DNA of 63,015 nucleotides, the filler included, from Sluysia triapertura (lineage: Eukaryota), in assembly GCA_046118255.1 (NCBI GenBank). It is 5 parts of 5 records of this genome, joined end to end, with 100 filler letters (N's around TTAATTAATTAA, not from the genome) between each part and the next. Parts side by side here need not be neighbours in the genome. Positions count along the whole stretch, not along the records: positions 46,910 to 63,015 come from JBJNIA010210587.1; 4 more parts are not named here. One strand, written 5' to 3'. Of the stretch, positions 53,164 to 63,015 are shown in pieces; the stretch's first letter is position 1; each line of letters starts with the position of its first letter. Both the position numbers and the translations under genes were made by a program. The notes beneath the pieces were generated by a model. That model did not search any database. It was not told the DNA's origin and saw only the letters and a program-made list of their open reading frames with translations.

Positions 53164-54423
53164 TATAGCTTTAAAAAAACAATGAAAATATAATTGCAAA
53201 ACAAATTCAATTAATAAAAATGATAATAATAATAACGATTTTATCTATACAAAATTACTTATGTAGTAAAGTTGGCTATAATAAATTAATTACTATATAT
53301 TATCAATAATATTAAATGGTCACTTATAAGGCCACAATAAATATACGATATATTTAATCAGTTTAAAGATTGAATTTTGTATAATTTAGCGAAGATTATT
53401 CTTTGTTATTGATGAGCGGAATTACAGTAGCCATTGTAATTTTTTTTGAAAATTAAATTGTAATAAGAACATTATTAAAAGAAAATAAAATTTTCCGTCC
53501 AATATGAATGTATTAACAATAATTATTAATTAATAATCGATTATATAGAATAATAATAATAACTTAAATACTTCAAATTGATTGTGATATACTGATAATA
53601 GTAATAGTGTTATTAGTTTTAATAGGCAGATTTATAATTTATGCTTTATGAAACATCATAGAATGATTCAATACGTCATAAATGTACTTTAAATTAAAAG
53701 TATTTTGTAGTACATTGAACTTTACATAAATAAGGAAATGTTAAGTTGGTTATTAGAAATTTTTGCAAATTTAATCATAATTTTCACAGCTTCTTCATAA
53801 GTTTGTAAGAATTATTTGTTAAAATAATTTTATATCGGATTATAACTCAAAATCAGTTACAAAATTGTTTAAGATTATATTGCATAAGTTTATTAAATTA
53901 TCATATATTAAAACAATTCTTTATATGGCAGATCATAAAATAATAATTTAAAATTTAAAATATATAATGTATAAAATATGATTGATCAGTAAATTCCCTT
54001 TTTTTGTCAGGCATTAGCTAAAATTGTACTATACTACACTTAATATTCAATTTTCAATATATAAGTCATTTTAATTGCTAGTTTCTTCAAAATAAAATTA
54101 AAACTTATAGCATAAAGTACATCTACCTTTATTGTTGAAAAATTAGTAAAACTAACCCCGATTTTTTGACAATAATATTAAATTGTGAATTAGAAATCAC
54201 AGCAGTTTTATTATTATTTGAATATTCCAATTTTCTATCCATAAATCCAAATGTATATATGTATATTTTAAACTATTTTAATTAATCAACCAAATACTTT
54301 GTTACTTTGATACTATTAATTTATGTAAATGCTTTGTAATAACATCAATTACATTACTGATAATAATATGTATAATAATCAAATGATTATGAATATTTAT
54401 TTTACAAAATTATTCACAAATAT

Positions 54424-54698
54424 TATTAACAAAGGGTATTACATATATTACGAATAGTATTATCAAACTGTCATCCATTAGTCATAGGTATTTCAATAAT
54501 ATTGTTCGGATTATTAGTTGAATAATTAGTTAAGTCTCTAGTTAGACTTCGTAAAATGGACTGACCGGGGATCGAACCCGGGACCTTCGATGCGCAGTGC
54601 GAATGCTCTACCACTGAGCTATCAGCTCCGTCTAACAATTTCATTTTTATTATATTCAATTTTATCAAATGGCACTTTTTAGGCCTTTTACCCCAACA
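54424..54698 (-). mobile_element. 275-bp element with an internal tRNA-like module
   Basis: Reverse complement tgttggggtaaaaggcc...aaattgttagacggagctga[tRNA-like]...gaagtctaac...ccctttgttaata. Same layout and length as 49315-49588. Confidence 0.65.
54557..54629 (-). tRNA. tRNA-like sequence (Cys/Ala-like), probably a pseudo-tRNA within a repeat
   Basis: GGAGCTGATAGCTCAGTGGTAGAGCATTCGCACTGCGCATCGAAGGTCCCGGGTTCGATCCCCGGTCAGTCCA. A box, B box, D arm and T arm are intact. The acceptor stem is bulged and the anticodon arm irregular. Confidence 0.6.
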
Positions 54699-55119
54699 TT
54701 ACCACAAATAAAATATAAAATAATAATAAAGCAAAATGAATCCTAACTCTCTACTAACCACGTAAATTTATTCTATTTTAGCGTTATTGCTGAAGAAAAA
54801 GATTCAATGAGTGTTATCCACAACTCAATGAATCCAGCGTACTTATAGCAAGGAGTTGTTTCAATAGTTCTTTACTAATTTGTCAATTGTTACTGATATC
54901 GGTTTTTCTGGATTGTTGCCGTGTTTTTATGTAAAAATTTAGCTCTTTATATAATATCGAAATAATGGGTATTGTGAAAAACAAGCCCATATCTCTTTAA
55001 AATAATCAAATCACAATTTAATACCAAATTGGAATTATACAAACAGATATAAAAATACATCATCCTAATTTACCTATATTTATAATTTAGTATAAACTTC
55101 TTTTAATAACAATATTTTA

Positions 55120-55620
55120 TATCATACGTAACACGTTGACGGTACGTTACACGTCAATCTGATATATACTTTATTAATGCTCAGACATGGGAACATATTT
55201 AATCTTTAATTTTAAATTACAAAATTAATTAAAATAACTAATTTTACGCTATCTACGTTGACGTGCTTCGCAACACTTCATTACTAAAACCAATAATAAA
55301 ACTCAACATTATATACTAAATTTTATATCATTATATCACGAGTAAACATTTTTATTGAGTTATCAAATTAATTAATTAATTTTTAATTAATTTAATTAAC
55401 AAATGCACTTTAATATTTTAACAAATAAAACCTTATAAAAGTTTATTTATTCGTATTTCTCAGTGTCTTATCGTGGTTCAATTATTTCATATGTTCATCT
55501 TATCATTACAATTAATAATGATCCCCTACCTCAATTCCTCAATAACGTTCACATTGTTCTGTTATCCTGAGTCTTGAACCTGTATATCTACCATTGCCCT
55601 TCACTAATCCCAACACACAC
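55120..55620 (+). repeat. Dispersed repeat family E
   Basis: Colinear blocks with 49690-50130 and with the reverse complement of 1810-2330. Confidence 0.6.
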
Positions 55621-57339
55621 ACACACAAATTTATATATAAATTTAGTTTATAAATTTATTTACTCAAGCTTAGCAAAACTTAAAATTTAACCTTAAACAA
55701 ATAAATCAACAAACAACATATAATTAACAATGATTAAATAAGATCGTTTAATGATTAAGATCCATTTAATTTAATTTGTTATTTTAATTTTATTACTTAC
55801 AATTTTAATTATAAGGTTTTTAATAAAAAGAAATTTATTAAAAATTAAGTGATATTTTAATGTTTCTTTAATAAACCAGAAACTTTCATTAATAAATCTA
55901 CTGAGATTGGCTTAGAAACAATTTATCGAGTATGAATATTCTAATAATTCTATTTGTAGAAATTAAAAATTCGTGAAATCAAAATTGTATTGATTTAAAT
56001 AAAACTAGTAAATATCCAATAAGAATGTTTCTATCTTTAAAACTTTCCAGAATTATCTTTTCTATTCTTCTTTTGGGAAAATAAAGCAAAACATCAGATT
56101 TACAGTAGCAACTGAACAATATCAACCAACGTAATAACTGTACAAATGCTTTTTATTGCTATTATTCTATAATCTAATAATTACCTTAATTCCATTCTGT
56201 AAAAATTACTCCATTTTTTTTCATTCCATGTTTTTGTGATTGTATGGTGGAATTTATTTCACAAAGTAATCCAATTTCATATGTTTCGAATTTATTTAAG
56301 TTTGTTCTTTATTTCTATTGTATCAATAATATTTTTTCTTGTATATCTTATTATGTTTCTGCTCAATCCTTACTTTATTTTCATTTCATACTAAGTACAT
56401 TTATCTTATTTAAAATTTATTTTCATCAAAAATTAATAATATTCAATCATAAATATGAAACCAAGTTTGTACATTAAAACCAACCAAAATGGTATAATAA
56501 TATACTACAATAAAACAAAATGCTGCATGAGTATAATATGAGATCAATCAAAACAGTTTTATTATCACTTTTATATCTTTGTTACAGAATAGTATAACTG
56601 TATTTAAATACTGTAAACACGATAATTAATTCATCACATATGGTTAGTTCAAACAACGTAGAAGTTGTTCTTTCTGATCAACAAAGTATAATTAATAATA
56701 TTTCTGGATTATTATTAGATCAAAATACAAGGTTATTTATATGTATATGTTTATTTTATTTAGCGTGATAAATATTTTTCTAGCTTTATTTCATTTAAAT
56801 TAAAAACCAACAAATATATAATAAATTATAATTTATAAATATAAATTATATTATGAGAATAGATTGGATATTAATATATTTTCTTAATAATAATTCTTAG
56901 TAATAATAATAATAATAAATAATACTTTAAAATGTCGATTTTAATGGTAATGCATTAAATTACCACAAGTTTGTTATCCTTATTTTAATTAAACAAAATA
57001 ACGATAACGAATAAATAAAATATTGTTGTTCACATTGTGGTAATATTCTTACTTTTGCTAAACAAAGAAATTTGTATTCAAAATTTTCCATTAAAAGTGT
57101 GAGCTTGTATGGTTGATATTAACATTATAAAAATAATTATTTTGGAAATTGTTAATCTTGTTAATTTTGTAGAATTCGAAGATTACATGAATTGCTATAA
57201 AAATTATCATTGCAAATTTTTTTTAATTGTTTTTGAGTAAGGTTTTTTAATTTTGATAAATTATATGTCACGTTATTAATAAATTTTAATTCAAATACTT
57301 TAGAAAATAAGAAAGTGTACATTTATTTTTAAAGATTAT

Positions 57340-58623
57340 AAAACTAAGACCCGCATCAAATTGTTTTGAAGGCTGCCAGCATTTTGCATACTTGATCCTG
57401 ATATCACAAGTTTGTTTGAACCTAAAATAAAAAACATCAAAGTAGTTAAAATATGGATATAGAAATTGTCGGTTACTTTAGTAGCTCGTTCTGGTTGAAC
57501 TTCGTGGCAATCTTCATTTACTATCTCTATTAGTTTCCATGTAGAATCCGATATTCGAGATGTCTCTTCGGCCACCGAACATCAAGGCAGAATTACCTGC
57601 AAGATGTTTAATTCCATTGGTTCTCTGCAAATTCTCGTCAACTCTCTTAATAACCTGTGTTGATACTTTTGATTTGGTATACTCTGTTTGATTATCAGCT
57701 AAATACTTTTTATCTGACTTAATTTTATATTGGCATGTAGTACACTCCTTTAGATGAAGTTGATGAGTTGTCCAACTGTACTTATTCAACGATATTGTAT
57801 GATTCCCGGGCTCTTTTAGATGTCTTTTTTATAGTAACACGATTAATCGCATTAATGGAACTTAATTGTTGAGGATTAATAACCATAGATCTTATGATAG
57901 AATTATTTGACTGGATAACTAAATTATTCAATTTGACAACATGTGATATATCGATGCTAACAACATTTACTAATTCATCATCGACAGAGTTTCTAATAGG
58001 CTCATGCTCGATTGATTCGAATAATTCTCGAAAATTCACCGACTTGAAATTGCTTCATGCTGTTCATAAAATCATTGCATGATATTTCTTGATGCATTTG
58101 ATAATGTAATTGCACGTTTAACATGATCAGTGCACAAGCCAAAGTGTGACAAGTGTCCAGATTTATATTCAGAACGGTTACAAAATGTACATCGTTCTGA
58201 AAAGTGATGCGCTCTCGTTCTTGTATTTCGCCCAGAAATTGCCATAGTGCTTTATCCAGTCGTAAATTTGTAAAGTCAAAAGCATTTGAGAATTTAATTC
58301 CAACAACTTGACTAAAATCTTCCTTTTAGATAGATGTTTTTCAATATCGATTAATCTGAATCGGTTACACTCGAATACACGTTTTGCTAAACGCTTTGCT
58401 GCTTCGTGATCGATAGATTTTAAGTTTTGATGATCTATTTTGGTTACAGCTGCTTCGTCTTGATTATTAACTAATGATTTCATGATATCATATATTGTTT
58501 TAGTCGCATTAAATTTTGGCGATAATGAAGATTTTTTGCGAATTCATAATGATCTTTATGGTCTTCAGAAACATCTGGTTCGGCATCACTAATATTAGAC
58601 TTGCATTCATAAATTCTGTACAT
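57340..58623 (-). pseudogene. Fragmented single-exon ORF of unknown family, probable distant homologue of the E2 cargo
   Basis: Same-strand ORF pieces 58483-58178, 58039-57782 and 57789-57514 with frameshifts. Motifs MVINP, ECTTC and YFDVFYFR. Confidence 0.55.
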
Positions 58624-58718
58624 TATTGATAATTTTTTTTTCGTAAAAAAGAGAAACATTCAGTTTAATAATTGAGAAATTATTTTTAGTAATCATTTTG
58701 TACAGTTATTAATTTCGA

Positions 58719-58929
58719 TTGGACGTCCAATTCGTAATTAAGTAACAGTGAACATATAATAACATTGATTGGACGTCCAATCAAACACACCAAAAGCCAG
58801 ACAGAAACATTGGAAGAAAGATTGTAAAATGCGTCAATACAAATCACATAGCACTTGGTAACTGTCATCAGTCGACAGTTCGTAAAATATGTTGATATAT
58901 ATTAAATTAAAACTGTCGACTGGTGACAG
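58719..58929. promoter_or_regulatory. Palindrome/hairpin cluster upstream of the E3 cargo ORF
   Basis: ttggacgtccaa at 58719, a perfect 20-bp palindrome ttgattggacgtccaatcaa at 58765-58784, and a 19-bp inverted repeat 58862-58880/58911-58929. A regulatory role is inferred only. Confidence 0.45.
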
Positions 58930-60396
58930 ACTGTAATTTGAACTAGTGATTAAATATAAACAAAAATGCTAATAATTAATGAAGATAAAGTTATTTAGTT
59001 AATTAATAATAATTATAATAAAATAGTGAATAAAATGAAATAATAATAATAATAATGCATAAATTCTTTTAATTTCTTTGGTACATAAACTTTCTTTTCT
59101 TTGTATTCTTTCTTAACATATAAAATCAAATGAAATTTTATTTGTATTAAAATGCTTATGATGGTTTTGAAGTGTGCGTTAAATGTTTTTCCAAGATGTT
59201 AATGGTTAAGTGTGAAAGGATTGGGAACTTGAAATGTTTTGGTAAATTTTAACATTTTCTATTCTAATGTTGTAGAATATTGAGATAAAAATGTTTTAAA
59301 TGAGATTTGAAATGTACATTAATGGTTTGAATGATATTGTTGTAAAGTTGTGAATTTAAAGTGTTTTAAAATTGAAACTTGTTTTGATGGATCTAAAAAA
59401 ATAGGATATATAATATAAAATGTTAGTAATTGAGATCTTAAGTATGAAATGATTATTTTGCTTTTATTGAGTTGAAAAGGTTGGCCACCACAAAAAGAAG
59501 CAAATAGATAAAATTCTTTTGTTTGTGTAGCTGCATAATTTAATTTTAAACAATACTGTGAGCCGTAAACTTTAAACAAACTTTATTGTAAGAATATACA
59601 TAAGATTGTCAGAATATACATTATTTTGATAGTAATAACTTGGCTGTCGAGAGAAATTAATGTTAAATTTTAATTACAATCTAAGGTCGAACCTAAAAAT
59701 AAGTATTCATCGTCTTACATGCCGAATTTCCAATTTCTGAGCAACCATCTAAATAATATATAAACAATTTTAATTTTTTCTACGAAACTGTTAATGTATT
59801 AATAATGTAAAGTAATATAATAATAAAAATAATCATAAAATAAGAAGAAGAATAATAAAAGGATGTTAAAATAAAATAAATATTATCTCATAACAATATG
59901 CACTCATACATTGGTATAAGGAAATGCAAATACAGATAACATAATATGAAAGTAGAAATGTGGAAAATTTGAAAATGTAGTATAGGATGTATTACATGAG
60001 TGAGTGCAATACGATGTGGACCATAATGTATAATCTAACACCACTGAAATTATTATAACCATTCAATATTTATAAGAGAAATAAAAATCAGTATATAATG
60101 AATTAAAATGGTAATACAGAGACAATTTTGTATCACAAGTTTAAGGGAGATCTTACGAAAACTTTAGAATATTAAGTTCGTACATATCGAATAAAATAAA
60201 ACATTTTCCAGAATTTTATGTTAAAAATTTTGTTTATATTTGAAAATTTTAATTAATTTTAAATAAATATGACTCAAAAAAAGTTTGATAATATCGGACA
60301 ATGTTGAAATTTAATAAACATTAAAAACAATGTATGCTATTGAATTTTTATTATTGTACAAAAGTTCATAACAAGATAAATTAATAATGTATTTAG

Positions 60397-60822
60397 TGAT
60401 ATTCGATTGGTTGTTGGTTCAAGTACTTATCATTCACATAAGTTTGTCTTAGCTGCATCAAGTATTGTATTTAGTCGTATGTTTGATAAGAAATGGCAAT
60501 CGGGTGACAAATTACATCCAATGATTAATATGTATTGTAATAATAATAATAATGATGATGATGGTGGTGGTGGTGGTGGTGGCGATGATGATGATCTAAA
60601 CAATATACAAAGTTTGGTACTGGAAGAAACTGTAGAAGCTGAAAATGTATTTTACTATTTCTTGAGATTCTTTTACACTGGAAATGTTGCTTTTACAACA
60701 GATCGAGTTATAGGACTTCTTTTTTTAGCAGACAAATACAATGTGGAATCATTAAGATCTTTATGTGAAAGTTACATGATGCTTAATTGTGCAAGTCCTA
60801 ATATGAGCAATGCAATTCGATG
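60397..60822 (+). CDS. BTBD17: BTB-BACK protein (BTBD17-like), BTB-domain exon
   Basis: tttag acceptor and GTTAGT donor. DIRLVVGSSTYHSHKFVLAASSIVFSRMF...VFYYFLRFFYTG...LADKYNVESLRSLCESYM. Confidence 0.85.
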
Positions 60823-61201
60823 GTTAGTGGATTATTTTTCTGATTATTAAATTTTCATAGTTCAGAAATCAAAAATAGTATCATATATTGTTCACACTAC
60901 AAATTGGAACTTGAAAATGAAAAATTAAATGTTTTATTAAAAATTAATTAAATTTCATTATTTATAGCAAATTTTTTTTACTTTTTATTTTAGTTTAATA
61001 TGTTTTAAACAAATGTGCAACATAATTTCATTTATGTTCACGTTGTGATGTGAATTTTTATGAGAGACAAATGAACCTAGACTTCGCAGAACCTCTGTAG
61101 AATTACAATGATAGTTTTTACAGATGAATTTATAATCCTATAATTAAAATACTTCATCATCAATTTGTCGCTAGTAAAAAATGATTCCCGCAGATTAATT
61201 G

Positions 61202-61390
61202 TGTTAGGTTGTCATCACGACCCTGTAAAATCACAGAAAATACTTTAGCGTTATTTATAAATGTCTAAAAACACTCTAAAATGTTTATTCTCCAAAAATA
61301 GCATAGAACATTCTAGATTTTCATTGGCTGTTGACTAGTATATAAACTAACATCAGTATAATGAAAGTCGCCATTTTGAATTTGTTAGTT
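61202..61390 (+). repeat. LTR-like family D copy in the BTB gene intron
   Basis: tgttaggttgtcatcac...cattggctgttgactagtatataaac...tcagt...gccattttgaa. Confidence 0.7.
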
Positions 61391-61887
61391 ACTTTATCCA
61401 GTGTTCTACAAGGATTGGAATTTTTAATCAACCGAATTCATGGGCAAAACATTTCAATAATTATCTTCTTTTTGTTCCACTTTCTTAAAGTCAGAATCAT
61501 AAAATATACGTAAAATCAAATTTGTTCAATGTAGTGTAAGTGTAAATTTCCACTTAAATTTAAAATAAAGTGGATTAAAGATCCCAAAATGATTTTTATT
61601 TTTACTCTTACATTTAGTTTAATATAATTAAAAGTAATTAAGTTTTTTTCTGTTGTGATATTAAGGACCCTCTTAAAAACGTACTAAAATGTGCTAAACG
61701 TAATTTTTAAGTGAATATAACGATATTATTAATTTTAAGATTACAGGAACACCAATTATACGTTCTAAGACGTTTATTTTAACTGGAGCCTGCTCAGTTT
61801 TAAATCACAACAATTCGTGAAATATTCTTCATTGAAATTGTTTTAGAATTTAGATTTATAATCATTCAAATTTTAATATTATTTTAG

Positions 61888-62325
61888 GTACAGTTTTTTA
61901 AAAGTTCTCAATATGAAAGAAATTGTTAAACAATGCATTAAAACAATAAATTTAAATTTTAATCGATTAATAAATGGTGCTGGTAGTGATCATAATTATA
62001 AATCTGGTAAAAATGATCCAAATGTCAATTTGTGGTTATCAATAGACAGTGATTTGGTAATAGAAATATTAAACAGTTCCAATTTAGTTGTCGAAAATGA
62101 ATTTGTTATTTTTGAAGCCTGTTTGAAATGGATTTGGACCAATGTTGACTGGAAAGACGAAGAAGAGTGTAGTTTGGAGAATAGTGTTGTTAAGAAAATA
62201 TTGGAAATGGTAAGGTTTGCTCAGATGTCACCGATGCAGTTACAAGAAATTGAAATGTCACCTGTTTTGATGGATAACAAAATTATGATGCAGATTTTGG
62301 GTCAATTGATTCAGAAAGCACATAG
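61888..62325 (+). CDS. BTBD17: BTB-BACK protein (BTBD17-like), BACK-domain exon
   Basis: ttttag acceptor, and the phase-2 join gives AIRW-YSF. WLSIDSDLVIEILNSSNLVVENEFVIFEACLKWI...ILEMVRFAQMSPMQL is a BACK signature. GT donor at 62326. Confidence 0.88.
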
Positions 62326-63015
62326 GTAGTAAATTATTATTTAATTTTGATACAATATTTTGGGTTAGTTAACATGATGACTCTGCCATGTTCAAATTGA
62401 ATTATTTTTGTATTTATATAATAAATAAATATTTTTTAATGCAAAAATGCATTTAAAAAATTATTTTTTAATACTTAACTAAAGACATACATAAATACCT
62501 CCAAATTACTCAATTATTATTTAAAAATATGACATACTGAACATATTTCTTGTATCTGTATGTAATATTGTACACTGAAAACTATTTAGACATAAATTGT
62601 ATTGAAAGGGTTAAAATTGAAATTCACCATAATAATTTTTATTGAAAAAAGCTGCTTAAGCAAATGTTTTAATTTTCCAACTTATTTTCCAAATTGACAT
62701 AAATAATAAAATGAGTGAACCATTTGGCACAATAGATTGTTTTGTGAATTTTAACACTAATGACACAGAAATTAATACAAAATGAAACTTTGATTTTGTG
62801 TGGCGATGTTTAGCATCGAAAGCTCGTTTGTTGATTTATTTAATGCTTTTCTTAATTTTTATTAGTACAAAAAGCTTATTATGGTTGGTAGGGTGTGGGT
62901 TTGTTTATAAAAATTTGATTTATTTATCTTACAATTAACTTTATTATACAATGACTTATTATTATAATTGTTAGGTATGGATAGATTATTATAAACGATG
63001 TGCTTAAGGCACTTA

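Larger units (their letters stand above)
57036..59492 (-). mobile_element. Cargo-carrying LTR-like element E3 (~2.46 kb)
   Basis: Ends tgtggt (57036) and accaca (59492) form a 6-bp inverted repeat. Terminal module shared with E1/E2, leader shared with E2. Confidence 0.6.

Noticed and set aside
54557-54629. Functional tRNA gene
   Set aside because: The anticodon arm does not form a 5-bp stem with a 7-nt loop, the acceptor stem is bulged, and the sequence sits in a repeated 275-bp unit.
62975-63015. Next BTBD17-like exon after ttgttag
   Set aside because: The required phase gives an almost immediate TAG.

Overview
This is very AT-rich eukaryotic (invertebrate-type) genomic DNA with GT-AG introns. 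The style resembles a triclad flatworm, but that is inference only. The window is five contigs joined by artificial N44-TTAATTAATTAA-N44 spacers, so adjacency across the spacers is not reliable. Four spliced host genes are partly recoverable: an SLC35D/fringe-connection-like nucleotide-sugar transporter (+), an uncharacterised coiled-coil protein (-), a TMEM192-like membrane protein (-) and a BTBD17-like BTB-BACK protein (+). The rest is old repeats: hAT and Tc1 MITEs, pogo, mariner and L2 remnants, LTR-like fragments and microsatellites. The main candidate for an undescribed system is a family of about 2-3 kb elements with TGT(G/A)GT...(C/T)ACA ends. They share terminal modules but carry different decayed, uninterrupted coding cargo: TTLL3/8-like, testin-like, a Rab29-like chimera, and two copies of a novel Cys-containing ORF. 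Also notable are a 275-bp TG..CA element with an internal tRNA-like module (two copies) and a 1.3-kb intronic insert bounded by 64-bp direct repeats that ends in a hammerhead-like fold. All homology calls were made by eye and need alignment or HMM confirmation. Repeat boundaries are approximate.
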